Shown here: one piece after another, positions 44,444 through 62,819 of the stretch
How positions within the stretch are numbered: the first letter of the stretch is position 1
Layout of the letters: each line of letters begins with the position of its first letter
NCBI RefSeq assembly: GCF_009914755.1
Contig: NC_060931.1
DNA from: the human T2T-CHM13v2.0 reference genome, Homo sapiens
Strand: one strand, 5' to 3'
Length of the DNA: 64,000 bases
Program-made: the position numbers and the translations under genes
The notes under the pieces: model-generated
Database searches by the model: none
Told to the model about the DNA's origin: nothing
The model's input: the letters and a program-made list of their open reading frames with translations, nothing else

Positions 44444-44775
44444 TAATTTTGGTCAATTGGATGCTAACAATAATTATAAAGATAATCCAATCCAGAAGAA
44501 AAGAAATTAATACTAAGACTATGGTGACAGGAAATTGATAGAGTTTGATTAATATTCATATTGTTTGAGGATATCATGATAGGGTGATCAATAAGAGATT
44601 TTCAAACATAGACTAGAATGAAAATAAAGTTTCCAATTGTTTAAAGAACTCTGTCCCTATTATGCTTCTTAAGGAGGAGAATAGGTGCCAAATCAAATAA
44701 AATATTCCATTGCATACACTTTAAGGAATGATGTAAAAGTTCCATTTTAAATTATCAATATGTAGAATGCACTAG

Positions 44776-45105
<330 letters not shown>

Positions 45106-45119
45106 TCAACTTGCTAAAA

Positions 45120-45710
45120 TTAAAATTGTGACTTTACAATGAAGAAAACTGAAGCGCACTATTTTAACCCAGTGATCAAAGTGAAAAGCCCAACAACGGG
45201 ACAACTGACATCCTGTGCCTCCCTGTGTGTTAGACAGAGAAAGACACAACATCATTTCTGTGATGTTCCTGCCAAAGATGCAGAGTCTGAATTTAATCAT
45301 GAGGCAATTTCTGACAAACCAAAGTTGAGGGATATTCTACAAAATAACTAGTCTTGACCCTTCAAATTACCAAGGTCATGAAAGCAAAGAAAGGTGAAAA
45401 GGAGAAGGGAGGATACTGTGTATAAAGACAAGTGGTGGAATTTTAATACAAACTGTAAAGTAGATAACAGTATTTTATCATTGTACAGTGATTATGTTAA
45501 GAAATGCATATTGAAATATTTAAGAGTAAGAGAGTACTGCTTATCTCAAATGGTTCAGGAAAAAATAGATAATGATGAAGCAAAACTGGTAAAATATGAA
45601 CGATTAATAAATCTGGGTGAAGAGTGTATAGGAGTTCTTTTTTCTACTCTTGCAATTCTTCATGAGTTTGCAATGATTTCAAAATAAAAAGTAAGTAAAA
45701 TAAATAAAAT
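45120..45710 (+). mobile_element. L1MC4/5-like 3' end
   Basis: ttaacccagtgatcaaagt...tctgaatttaatcatgagg...aaagttgagggatattctacaaaataact...tttcaaaataaaaagt. Confidence 0.7.
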
Positions 45711-46157
45711 CTAAATGTCTAATAAGATATGGGAGTGACTACATAATTTTCCAAAATCTAACAGGTGTATCAGTCAAAATGATGCAAATTCTGGATTGTT
45801 TCTCTTATTCTCTCCAGGATCTTTGTCAGTCATGCAGTTTCTACTCTCCTGAGTGCCTCCTGTTCATGCATTTCCCAGCAGCAAGATCTGTGTGTTCAAT
45901 TTCATCATCTCCTCTCTCAATTTGGCCTAACAAATTGACACGTTCTGTCTGCCACCCTCTAAAGAAATAGTAAAGAAAGTGTCACTTTCTGTTTGATAAG
46001 CATGAACTGCTTTGCCTGGAGAAGCAATGAATTAATTAAGTTTAAAGATGAATGAGCTACAATTAATCTAGCTTAGTTTATATTGTCAGCATATGGAGAA
46101 AAAAGAAAAATCTTCCAGTAGAAAACAAACAAAATGTATCTACTATTAAATCACTCG

Positions 46158-46262
46158 TACATGTATATGTATATGTATATATATATATATATACACACAC
46201 ACAGGCTATTATACATTATATACAGTATGCACACATATATTTACACACATATATACATATAC
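46158..46262. repeat. (TA)n/(CA)n simple repeats
   Basis: atgtatatgtatatgtatatatatatatatatacacacacac... Confidence 0.9.
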
Positions 46263-49090
46263 AAGATTGAGTTCAGAGTATATTGATAAAGTTATTCTGA
46301 ATATATCTGGTAAAATATATAAAGTATAATTGAAATTTCTCTTTAAAAGGAATGAAGTGAGTCTAAATGCATATTTCATATTTATTTTATATGTAGTATC
46401 AGAGTGTGTGAGATACACTCTCTCATTTATTCCTACTCTGTTCCTCTGAGGAAAAGAGGAAATGATCCCATTTGACAGATAAGAACACTGGGGCAACATG
46501 AGACACAGGTAAGGAGACGGGTTGATTAGACTGAGAAATTAGCCTGCCCAGTTGCCTGTCTATAGTTCCATACTGGATCATGCTGGGATCTGCTAGAATT
46601 TTCCCCTTCCCCCACACACTTAGATGTCTACAAACATACATACGTATGTATAACATTCCATACTATACATTGTGTTACATGAACATACATACATAAATAT
46701 ATAAACACATATCATTTCACCCAAACTAAGGCAAAAACCAACACCAATAAAAATATCTCCAGAAACCATTTTCTTTATGTCCTTATCAATGAGAGGAGTT
46801 AATGGATTGAACAGAGGAAAGTTGTTATTAGCAAAAATAAATCCTGACTCAGATTGCTGAGATGATCCTTAAGCCAGAGAGTTCAAATTTCCAGCCTCAA
46901 GACAAAACTTATAGCTAGTGATCTCTGTAAAATCTAGAGTAAATGGCAAAAGAAAACTGATGGTATACTGTTATCTATCTATAATGTCCAGAGTTTCATA
47001 ACTAAAAATAAAACTCTGGCTTCTAAATATTCAAGAAACTTCCAGTATCTTTTCTCCAATAGTACAAAAATGAAGAAATACTTTGTTCCCACTGATCTCT
47101 TGGGCCTCTTTCTGAAAGCAAACCAGTACCAATGAGAGAAACCCAGAGAGCATTTCAAAGTATTGCTACTGTTAAGACCTCTTTACCTTAGAAGCACCTA
47201 AGTGCTAACATCTTCCAAAACAAGTTCACTATGACTGTTCAGTGCCAGCCCTGGAGTCTGCACAGAAAAGTGAGTCCTTTAGTGCTACTTGCAACAGTTA
47301 AAAACCAGTTTGGTATATGTCAGACCATCAGGACAGAAAACAGAGTCTGCAATGAACATGCTTATGGCCCACACTTTCCAGTCAAAGAGAAGTGAGTCAT
47401 TTCTGCTTCAACTGCTATCCCTACAGGCCTAGAAAAATGGAAGGACTGGGCAGGAGGGGTCAGAGAAAGGATAGAAGAAGCATAGAATTGGAACTAAAAC
47501 TGTGTAGCCTTAAAGTGCTCTGGCCTGAAAATCTAGAGAAGGCTTCAGCAGGAGAAAGCAGGAGAGGACATGGTTATTTTCAGTAAGTCATAGAAGGGAA
47601 GATGGCTAACAGAAATGAAATGGACACAGAACATCACCAAAGTAGCATGAAGGTATCAGATCCCCTGAGATAGGTCTTAGCCAAATAATTCCACTCCTGC
47701 ACATTAGAGTTTGACATCTAAGGCCCCTCCATCTTTTTTCCAGTCAAGACCTACACAAATGGGTGAGGGCTTGCTACATGAGAAGTAAGCAGGAACAATA
47801 CGAGAACCAAGACAAGCTACAAGCAGGACATGAACACATCAAAAGGCTTCTGAAAAGACACGTCTACCTAGCCTGTGACCAGGTCAACTCCCTCATTAAG
47901 TTTAGCCCCTTTAAAAAATATATCTTGTTTATGGTGCCTTTGGTTTCTCCCTTTTCCTTCTAATTAAAAGCAATTTTTGTTAACTTCTTAATACAAAAGC
48001 AATGCTTTAGAAAAATTAGAAAATACACATTTTTTTAAAAGCCAGATGGTCAACATAAACATCATTAATAAAAATAAAAGAACTGCCTATATTTATTGAC
48101 CAATTATCATATGCCAGGCACTCTACTAAGTATTTTACATATATTATCTTATTCAATCCTCACAGTAAGTCTTATTTAAAAAAAAGGTGGGAAATTCATT
48201 GTACGATGTTTAACACCAAACGTTATGCTGAAACACTAGATTATTTTGCTCAGCAAATATCTGCTTGTTTGTTTATATACTTAAACATTTATTTAGGGAT
48301 GAAATGATTTTCATCTTAAAAAATGAAGTCTTCCCACTCAGAAGCATGGACTATTTCCCAGTTTATTCAGTCTTTATGTCCCACAGTAAAGGACTACAAT
48401 GTTCTTCATATAACTTCTGTCCATATCTTGCTGAGTTACTCTTAGAACTATATTTGTGATGCAATTATGACTGGTATTCTTTTTCTCCCAATCATATTAT
48501 TGCTTGTATATTTATTCTGAATTTCCTGTAATTTTTGAGAGTAATCTGTTACATTTTAGAAGAAAACCAAAAAAGATTTTCTTATAAGGATTAAAAGTTG
48601 AGGGTAGAGGGAGGAACAACTAGAAGTGAATTTGAATTGGTTTCCTTGCAAGAGACAGAAATAAACACAGAGTGCAGTAAACATCAATCAGCACCTACTT
48701 ATTAACTCAGTCTGGCATTGAATTAGGCTAGAGAGGGTTATGAAAGAATTTTATAACCACTGACCTTGACCTGAAAGAGTTTTACAAAATGGTTGGGAGG
48801 CTGGGAGTCAATGTATGAAAATCTGTTAGCACTTATGGAGTTAGTAAATACTAAATCATGAAGCATGACTTTATCTGTGTTAGGTGTTAAGAAAAAAGTG
48901 GGGTGGAGGCAAGGTGGCCAAATAGGAACAGCTGGGAGCTATCTACAGCTCCCAGTGTGAGCGATAAAGAAGACGGGTGATTTCTGCATTTCCAACTGAG
49001 GTAGCGGGTTCATCTCACTGGGGAGTGCCAGAAAGTGGGGCAAGACAGTGGGTGCAGCGCACCGTGCGTGAGCCAAAGCACGGCAAAGCA

Positions 49091-49354
49091 TCACCTCACC
49101 CGGGAAGTGCAAGTGGTCAAGGAATTCCCTTTCCTAGTCAAAGAAAGGGATGACAGATGGCACCTGGAAAATGGGGTCACTCCCACCCTAATACTGCGCT
49201 TTTCCAATGGGCTTAACAAACGGCACACCAGGAGATTATACCCCACACCTGGCTTGGAGGGTCCTATGCCCACGGAGCCTCGCTCACTGCTAGCACAGCA
49301 ATCTGAGATCAAACTGCAAGGCAGCAGTGAGGCTGGGGGAGGGGCGCCTGCCAT
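49091..49354 (-). CDS. ORF0: L1 antisense ORF0, open, 87 aa
   Basis: MAGAPPPASLLPCSLISDCCAS... matches primate L1 ORF0; gcaATGG strong Kozak; donors after nt 106 (49249), 191 (49164) and 255 (49100). Expression unknown. Confidence 0.75.
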   Translation of the reverse strand: MAGAPPPASLLPCSLISDCCASSERGSVGIGPSKPGVGYNLLVCRLLSPLEKRSIRVGVTPFSRCHLSSLSLTRKGNSLTTCTSRVR

Positions 49355-49930
49355 TGCTGAGGCTTGAGTAGGTAAACAAAGCAGCTGGGAAGCTCAAACT
49401 GGGTGGAGACCACCACAGCTCAAGGAGGCCTGCCTGCCTCTGTAGGCTCCACCTTTGAGGGCAGGGCACAGACAAACAAAAGGCAGAAGTAACCTCTGCA
49501 GACTTGAATGTCCCTGTCTGTCAGCTTTGAAGAGAGTAGTGGTTCTCCCAGCACGCAGCTGGAGATCTGAGAACGGGCAGACTGCCTCCTCAAGTGGTTC
49601 CCTGACCCCCGAGTAGCCTAACTGGGAGGCAACCCCCCAATAGGGGTGGACTGACACCTCAAACGGCCAGGTACTCCTCTGAGACAAAACTTCTAGAGGA
49701 ACGATCAGGCAGCAGCATTTACAGTTCACCAATATATGCTGTTCCGCAGCCACCGCTGCTGATACCCAGGCAAACAGGGTCTGGAGTGGACCTCCGGCAA
49801 ACTCCAACAGACCTACAGCTGAGGGTCCTGACTGTTAGAAGGAAAACTAACAAACAGAAAGGACATCCACACCAAAAACCCATCTGTACATCACCATCAT
49901 CAAAGACCAAAGGTAGATAAAACCACAAAG

Positions 49931-50948
49931 ATGGGGAAAAAAACAGAGCAGAAAAACTGGAAACTCTAAAAATCAGAGTGCCTCTCCTCCTCCAAAGGAA
50001 CGCAGCTCCTCACCAGCAACGGAACAATGCTGGACGGAGAATGACTTTGACGAGTTGAGAGAAGAAGGCTTCAGAAGATCAAACTACTCCGAGCTAAAGG
50101 AGGAAGTTCGAACCAATGGCAAAGAAGTTAAAAACCTTGAAAAAAAATTAGATGAATGGCTAACTAGAATAACCAATGCAGAGAAGTCCTTAAAGGACCT
50201 GATGGAGCTGAAAACTATGGCACGAGAACTATGTGACGAACGCACAAGCCTCAGTAGCCGATGCGATCAACTGGAAGAAAGGGTATCAGTGATGGAAGAC
50301 GAAATGAATGAAATGTAGTGAGAAGAGAAGTTTAGAGAAAAAAGAACAAAAAGAAACAAACAAAGCCTCCAAGAAATATGGGACTATGTGAAAAGACCAA
50401 ATCTACATCTGATTGGTGTACCTGAAAGTGACTGGGAGAATGGAACCAAGTTAGGAAACACTCTGCAGGATATTATCCAGGAGAACTTCCCCAATCTAGC
50501 AAGGCAGGCCAACATCCAAATTCAGGAAATACAGAGAAGGCCACAAAGATACTCCTCGAGAAGAGCAATTCCAAGACACATAATTGTCAGATTCACCAAA
50601 GATGAAATGAAAGAAAAAATGTTAAGGGCAGCCAGAGAGAAAGGTCGGGTTACCCACAAAGGGAAGCCCATCAGACTAACAGCTGATCTCTTGGCATAAA
50701 CTCTACAAGCCAGAAGAGAGTGGGGGCAAATATGCAACATTCTTAAAGAAAATAATTTCCAACCCAGAATTTCATATCCAGCCAAACTAAGCTTCATAAG
50801 TGAAGGAGAAATAAAATACTTTACAGACAAGCAAATGCTGAGAGATTTGGTCACCACCAGGCCTGCCCTAAAAGAGCTCCTGAAGGAAGCACTAAACATG
50901 GAAAGGAACGACCAGTACCAGCCACTGCAAAAACATGCCAAATTGTAA
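49931..50948 (+). pseudogene. Disrupted L1 ORF1p
   Basis: A7 instead of A6 after ATGGGG (+1 frameshift); in-frame stops at 50316-50318 and 50697-50699. Confidence 0.93.
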
Positions 50949-50996
50949 AGATCATCAAGGCTAGGAAGAAACTGCATCAACTAACGAGCAAAATGA

Positions 50997-54868
<3,872 letters not shown>

Positions 54869-55724
54869 ACAATGAGAACTCATGGACACAGGAAGGGGAA
54901 CATCAGATTCTGGGGACTGTTGTGGGGTTGGGGGAGTGGGGAGGGATAGCATTAGGAGATATACCTAATGCTAAATGACAAGTTAATGGGTGCAGCACAC
55001 CAACATGGCACAGGTATACATATGTAACAAACCTGCACGTTGTGCACATGTACCCTAAAACTCAAAGTATAATAATAATAAAATTTTTTTAAAAAAGAAA
55101 AAAGTGTCTAGAGAATGGAAGTGGTGGGAAAATATCCCACCAAAACAAACGAGCTGACATATCATTGAGTCAGTGGACAGTTTGCAGATAAGAAGCCAAT
55201 ATAAACACAGATGCTTTAATATGAAACCAGAAGGATATCTTTATGTCGAGCCCCAATATCTACTAAATTCTAATACTTTAACTTCTCAAATAGTGAAAAC
55301 AACCAACAATACAGAAAAGTCTCGGGCGGAGGGAGGAAAAGTGACAACACACCTGTGAAATGGCTTCTCAAAGTTTCAATAGCATGTGTTTCTAAGATAT
55401 GGGAAAGCCAAAAAACGCATGGGCAGCCTTCTTCCTTTAGAAGTATTCAATTGTTCTAGATAGAAATCTCCTTTCTTTGGTTAAGAATTTATTGTAGTTT
55501 CACCTTTCCTTAGAAATGAAAACTGTGATTGTTGAGTAAACAACTTGTAAAACTATTTTCACTGACACTTATTAAGTATCTTGGCTCCCTGCATTGAATT
55601 TCTATTTAGTCACTTCCCTCAACATGTAGATCAAACTGATGCCTCAATTATAATCCTTGAAGAACATGGGGGAAAGACTGTTTAAAGCATTCCCTCTCTG
55701 CTAAGGAGGAAAATATCCCAGTCA

Positions 55725-56149
<425 letters not shown>

Positions 56150-56494
56150 CTACATGTATTGCACTGAGCTCAACACTTTGCAGGGTCTCCCTTACAGTGA
56201 CCTTCTGTGGTAGGTATATTACCCTTATTTTATAACTTGAAAACTGAGGCTTAGGGGTATATACACAGACCTGGGAACTGAAAGCTACAGTTCCAATACC
56301 ACCAGCTTTGCTGCTTGCTAGCCATGTGATCTTGAGTGAGTTATTTAGTCATGCTGCAGCTCAGTTTCCTCATCAATCAAATGATGGGAGTCTCTGACGA
56401 TCACGCTAGGGATGATGCATATAAAGCGCTTAGTGCTTGGCTTGTAGCAAGAATCCAACAGATGACAGCCCTCACTATTACGGCCTACACTGAT

Positions 56495-56990
56495 TCTTCA
56501 GTCTGCATCTACACCCACTGTGGGTCATCCTGCCACCTGCCCTGCCCTGCTGTATGACCTGAGGCTTCCTCCTAAAGAGGCATTGCCAGAGCTTCCTCAT
56601 AGGCAGGCTTCTGGGTGAACCCAGTCATTGGGAAGCACTAACAACAAGAGATCAGAGCTCAGGAGGAGAGGAGCTGAGGTATTTCTTCCCCACTCCCTTC
56701 TTCCTCCAAGGTATGTTTTCTGACAGTGACTGTCCCTCCGTGTCTCCAGCTTCCAACAGGAGATCCCTCTCTCATAGCTCCTTTACCCACTGGTTTCCTG
56801 TAGTGCTAATTCCTCTCCTTGCACCTCCAGGACTAAGGATGGTAATAACCGCCCACTGTAACTAGTCTTGGGTGTCCAACACCCTTTGGTAATTGTGTTA
56901 CCTGCTCCCATATTTGTAAGCAGTCCTTTCATCAAAATCTCTTGGACCATCTGAATTGGAGTCTGCTTCTTGCCTAACCCTGGCTGATAT
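56495..56990 (+). mobile_element. LTR16-like ERVL LTR
   Basis: ggcttctgggtgaacccagtcattgggaagcact...gagatcagag...gaggtatttctt...tgtaagcagtcctttcatcaaaatctctt. Confidence 0.6.
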
Positions 56991-57499
56991 CCAAACTCAA
57001 AAATCATACACTCGTAAATGAAGGACCCAGCAACCTCTATGGTCTATGGCCAATGCTTTACAAATCACTTATTTGCCAATGATAATTTAAACTGTACTGG
57101 TAGTATACAACCACGTATTATTAAATAACCATTCTTAAAAGGGAATAGAACATTGTTAAAATATAGTTTGCAATTGCTGAGAAATACATTTGGTGATTTA
57201 TTCAGATGATATCTAAAATGTTCAATATCTCATTCCAAAGGCCGCACCCCAATTACACAGGTTGCAAACCCTATCCTGCAAGTAGCACCAACTACAGTCC
57301 CACTTTCTCTCTGAGAAATGTCAACCTGACTTTATCCTGAGAAAACAGAAGATCAAAACTCTTCATAGAATCTTAGAGAAAGTCTCTAAGCAAGAGCCAA
57401 AATGTAAAATTTGAGGTAATTCTTATTGTCATTGTCATGTGCAGAAGTGCAGCTACAATTCTGAGGGCTCGGTTCCAGAATATTTTAGAAAAAGTAATG

Positions 57500-58375
57500 A
57501 GCTTCTCTAGTTTTGGACAAGACGGCATAGACTCTTTTCCCTGCTAAGTATGACCCCAAACCCTGGATATAACACAACAAACAATCATAAGAACATTCTG
57601 AAAGGTGAAAGAAGAACACAGACTGGCTGGGGACCTCAAAAGTCAAGGAGCAGCACAGCAACCTAAAATCTCCTAACCACCCATCCGGAGGCAGAAGATG
57701 TCCCAGGTAGGTGCTTCTTCCCCTGTAGGAGGCACCAGGAAAGACTAAGCAGAAGCACAGCCAGCACCAGGCAGCCCGAGGAAGCACTCTCTGCCCCCCA
57801 TGAGCCTGGCATCTTCTGCCTCCAAATTTGGTGATGCCAGGCCAACCCATAGAAGCACTTTTCACCCTCACAGGTAGCACAAGCAGGAACTGAGTGACAA
57901 CCCCATCAGCACTGGGCAGCCCAAGCCAGAGAAAATAGTTTCTGCTCCTGCAGGCTTGGCATCTCTCATCCTCTACCCAGTGGTACTAGATATAAAGAAG
58001 AACCAAATGGAAATTATGAGACTTAAAACTTCAATAACTGAAATAAATAAAAAAATTCACTAGAAGGGCTCAATAGGCAAATATATGTGACAGAGGAAAA
58101 AAAATAAGTGAACTTGAAGATAGAACAATAGAAAGAGACACCTGTGGGGCAGAAACAAAAGACTCAACAGTCATATCATTGGAATCTTAGATGGAGAAAA
58201 GAAAGAGTAGAGCTGAAAACATATTCATAAAAATAACTAAAAACTTCCCATATTTGCTAAAAAACAAACCTGCAGATTTAAGAAGCTACGAGAATACCAA
58301 GTAAGATAAACCCAAAGAAAGCCACACTAAAACACATCATAAGTAAAATTCTGAAAACTGAAGACAAAAATAAGA
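57500..58375 (+). mobile_element. Ancient L1M 5'/ORF1 fragments
   Basis: aagaaccaaatggaaatt...aagtgaacttgaagatagaacaataga...aacacatcataagtaaaattctgaaaac. Confidence 0.7.
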
Positions 58376-58524
58376 ATGGAATTCATATGGGAAAAAGTCA
58401 AAGTTTGATGTTATTTTTCACTGAGAAAACTTTGCATAACAACAGCTCTGACAAGCTGATATACAAATGGATAGAATTATAACACAATATAATGTTTATA
58501 ATGTGTTAGATACAAGCCCTTTGA

Positions 58525-58740
58525 CAAATATTAATATTAAATTCTTAAAAAATTCCTATGAAGTAGTTATTATTATTCTTATTTTACAGTTGGACAGAGA
58601 CCCAGAGAGGCTAAATAACAAACTGAGACCCAGAAAGGCTAAATAACTTGCCCAAGGTCACACAGCTAGTAAGTGACAGAACCCAGAATTCAAACTCAGA
58701 CACTCTGGTTACGGGGTCTACATTCTTGACTATGATGCCT
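58525..58740 (-). mobile_element. MIR with internal 28-bp-period duplication
   Basis: ttttacag...aactgagacccagaaaggctaaataacttgcccaaggtcacacagctagtaagt. Confidence 0.85.
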
Positions 58741-60423
58741 GGAAGTGGTCTAGTATAGTAGTATGGAATCATGTACATATAGTTTAGTAGTATAGAATCA
58801 ACAACCAAAATTGACAAGGTCCTTATAAACTAGATAAAGAGACAAGGAATAATCCAGGATTTAGTTCCAGATGTTTTTGTTTATTTTTGTTTTATTAAGA
58901 TTTTCTTTAAAATGTATTAGAGCTGGACAGTATGGCTCCTGTAGGCTTGGATATTAGTAACTCTCATTGTTCAGAATTAAGCTTATACTAAAGTTGTACT
59001 TGGTGTGGGCAATGTTTTTTTCTGCCAGAATCATATAGTAAAAGACATCTGTGATTGTTTTTTTAAAGTTGAAGTTAAGCAGTTAGTCTCCTTGGCTTAC
59101 TACTTTTATTAAATATCAATGCTGATGTCATTTTCTCCACAAACCAACATCCTAAATGATTTTTATCAGGACAGATAAACTCTCAAATACAGAAAGCAGG
59201 TCTTTTCATTATCCTATTGATTAAAAGCAAAATACAAAAAAATTAGCTACATGATACAGGCACACAACAAAAATCTTTGTCAAATTTTAACATGGCACAG
59301 GTTTCAAAATAAAATTATCCCTTTTAGAACTGGCAGGTCAATATTATCTTTTTGTTCTAATATGGGACCATTTGCAGAAATGTGGTTTCCTGTGAACTAA
59401 GAGAAAGCTGAAGTGTTTTGACACACTAAACTGTACTAACAACACCCACTGAAATGATGGCACTGTCTTTGAATGACGTTTACCCTGAGACTGGAGGGAG
59501 CCACTGGGACATACTGGTACAAACTGAGTGTTGAACACATATAACCTTAATGGATAAAAGGCAGGGAGGGAGGGAGGGCTAGCCAAGCCTCTGGCCTATG
59601 TCCCTTAAGTCTCTTCACCTCACTCCTAGGGTTCTTGAATAAAATGTAAAACTAAGGCCTTAAAAAACCTGTAGTGTGGGAATTGACTGCAAATGGAAAT
59701 CAGAGAACTCTGGGGGATGATGGAAATTTTCGAAAACTGCTGTGGTGATGGTTGTACAACTCTGTAAATTAATTTTAAAAATACAGAGGTATACAGTTCT
59801 CACAGATTAATTTTATAATGTGTACAGTACAGCTCAATAAAACTATTTGGAAAAATATCCTGCAGGTTCTCCCCATTGCCTTCTGAACAAAGGCCGAGTT
59901 CATGAAAACATACAAAATCCTTTATGATACAGCCCTTGCTTAACTCACTTCTTGTCTTTTTTTGCCACCTGTGTTCCCCCAGCCCTCTGATCCACCACTC
60001 CACCTATATTCTATTTACTGAGCAACCAGCAGTTTTCAGAAAATCTAAAGTGGCTGCATACTACAGTCCTATGCCTCTCACCCTGTTCTCTCTGCCTTCT
60101 GCCTAGAAGTCTTCCTCCCCACAGCTTCCTGACCAACACCAAATGGGGGGTTCAAGACACAGCTCAACCTGACTACTATATTCTAGGATGCTTTTCTGAC
60201 TTTCTGGGTAGAATTGGCCATTTCTTTTTGTGTTCCTCCAGAGTACTTAGTCATTCAATGTCTATAAATACTTTTTCCTTACAGGTGACAAAAGCATCTG
60301 CAATTCTATCAAAATGTCCGTGTAGCACCAATCCCTTCCTCTCAGACCTATAAAGATAATAAGCAAGAGTGTATTGAGACTAACAAGAAGGTGACACACC
60401 AAGGATGGGAGTAACACTGAGGG

Positions 60424-60501
60424 AGTCTCTCACATGGACAATTCTAGCAGCTTTATAACCAGTCTCCTTACAGCAGTCAGAGTGAACCCTTTAAAACATA
60501 T
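60424..60501 (+). repeat. 78-bp local direct copy of 61593-61670
   Basis: 7 mismatches in 78 ungapped bp by manual alignment. Confidence 0.93.
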
Positions 60502-61828
60502 CTAATTTTATATATATATATATGAAAAAGAATGTAAGTTTTAGTCAGAGAAACCGACAGAGAATTTAAAGCCTGCTCCACCACTTACTATATATATGAC
60601 TATACAAGTCGCCCCAACAGTGAGCACATAATTTCCTCATCTGTAAAGTGGAGGTATAACTACCTTACAGACTTTTGCAAAGAATCTTCAAGATTAGCCA
60701 CGTAAAGTTGTGCCACTTAGATATGATTTCACTTTCACTTCCTTACTTAGGTTGTTGGTTCGATAATTGATATTACTGAATACCAGACAGGCTAAGAACC
60801 ACATCACTGATTTACACTCTCCTCCACATTTAACCGAAAAGTGACCAATCAAAAAGTATCACAACTCAGGTTGATGTGCATTCAGTCTATCCCATGGTAT
60901 CTTTGTCTCTTTTCAAATCACAATACTGATGTTCCAATAAATGATGTTTATTATCAGGCCATGAGCCATCAAGAAAATACTAAACTCTGCTTAGAACACT
61001 GTTTAAGAAGGTTGGAAAATATATATCAACTATAGACAGTTTTCTTAGAAGGAAAATCAACATGTTAGCACATAACAAATTAACATACAATCTGGGTAAC
61101 TGAATAATATATAACGGCATGCTTCCATAATAGATGAAGAATTATGGAATCTCTGTTTGCAATCCAATGTGGGTAAGAAGAAATGTATTCATTCAACAAC
61201 TATTCAAACATTTGTTGAACAAATGATATATGAAAGGATAAAAGAACCAGTCTAGAAGAGGAAACTTGTGATCTTCAGGTGAAATGCATGTTACAAAGCA
61301 TAAGAGGACTGTTATTGTGTTCTTAATTTCAGAAAGTTAACAAAAGACTCAGGGTCAGGGATAATTAAATTCATAAGTATGTGAAAGAATGACTAGTTCC
61401 AAAACAATCTAAGATGAACATCTCTTAACTGATATATGGTTTCTATTAAATAGGTGACATGAGTTAAGTCATCATTAACTAGTACTTTTTCCTCTTGCTA
61501 TATCAAAACTATCAACAAACATTGGAAAGCCTACCTCCAAAATGCATGCTGAATCTGTGCAGCCCACTGCCACCACTCTGGTCTACACCACTAGTCTCTC
61601 ATATGGACAATTCCAGCAGCTTTATACCCAGTCTCCCCACAGCAATCAGAGTGAGCCCTTTAAAACATATATCGAATTATATCATGTGCCAAATCAACAT
61701 GTTTCAAAGGTTTCCCATTGTACTTAGAATAAAAAGCAAACGCCATGGACCCCATGATGCTTACACCCTGGCCCTTGTCTGCCCCTTTATCCTCATTATC
61801 TGCCACTGACCAATTCATATGCTCAAGC

Positions 61829-62015
61829 CAGTGGTTCTCAAAGGGTGGTCCCAGGACAAGAAGCATCATTACCTAGGACCTTTTTAGAAATGCAGACTTT
61901 CAGGACCCATCCCAGACCTACTGAATCAGAGAGTCTGGGTTTAAGGCTCAACAAGCTGTGTTTTAACAAGCCTTTCAATGATTCAGAAACACTAAATTTA
62001 AGAATTATTACTCTA
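61829..62015. mobile_element. MER5A-like DNA element
   Basis: cagtggttctcaaagggtggtcc...ttagaaatgcagac...ccagacctactgaatcaga...tgttttaacaagc. Confidence 0.85.
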
Positions 62016-62021
62016 GATATC

Positions 62022-62377
62022 TGCTATAGTTTAAATCTGTCTCACAAACTTCATATGTTGGAACAATCCTCAAATTCATATGTTGATGGCATTTGGAGGT
62101 GGGGCCTTTGGGAGGTAATTAGGATTGGGTAAAGTCATTAGGGTGGAGTCCCCATGAAGGGACTAAGAAGAGGAAGAGAGACCTGAGCTGACATGCCCTC
62201 TCAGCATTTGATGCCCTCCAACATATGATGATGCAGCAAGAAGGTCCTCGCCAGATGCCAGTGTCATGGCCTTGGACTTCCCAGCCTCCAGAATCGTGAG
62301 CTAAATAAACTTCTTTTCTTTATAGATTACCCATTCTGTGTAATTCTGTTATAGCAATAGAAAACAGACTAAGACAA
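62022..62377 (+). mobile_element. MSTC-like MaLR solo LTR
   Basis: tgctatagttt...tttggaggtggggcctttgggaggtaattagg...cttggacttcccagcctccagaa...gactaagaca. Confidence 0.85.
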
Positions 62378-62819
62378 TACATTAGGCTTCTTTATATAGC
62401 TAGAAAATACCAAGCTCTTTTCCATCTCAGCACCTTTGAATTTACTATAGTTCTGCCTAGAATGTATCCCTCACCTCCACCCCATGTCACCACCTTGATT
62501 GCCCCTTCTCCATCAACTGTAAAAATTCTACCTGACCCAAATTACTTTGTATCATGCTACACTAATCACTACTATCATAACACTTAGTACAACCTGATTT
62601 TATTTACTTGTGTGTTCATCTTGTTTGTACACTAAAACATGTGCTCCTTTAGAACAAGGATCTTATCTTTATCAACCACCCAGTGAGTTACAAACAGTAG
62701 TTGCTCAACAACTATTAAATAAATTAATGAATAAGCCCAGTATAAATCCATTTAACATAAGGTTAGAATAACAAAGTTAGAATAGTGAAAAAAGCCACCA
62801 CTGACTTATAATAAAAGTA

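Larger units (their letters stand above)
61480..62730 (+). mobile_element. L2 remnant interrupted by MER5A and MST
   Basis: acctccaaaat...cagcaatcagagtgagcccttt...cccattgtacttagaataaaa...gttgctcaacaactattaaataaattaatgaat. Confidence 0.65.

Noticed and set aside
54912-54944. G-rich G4-like tract
   Set aside because: Standard L1 3'UTR polypurine tract.
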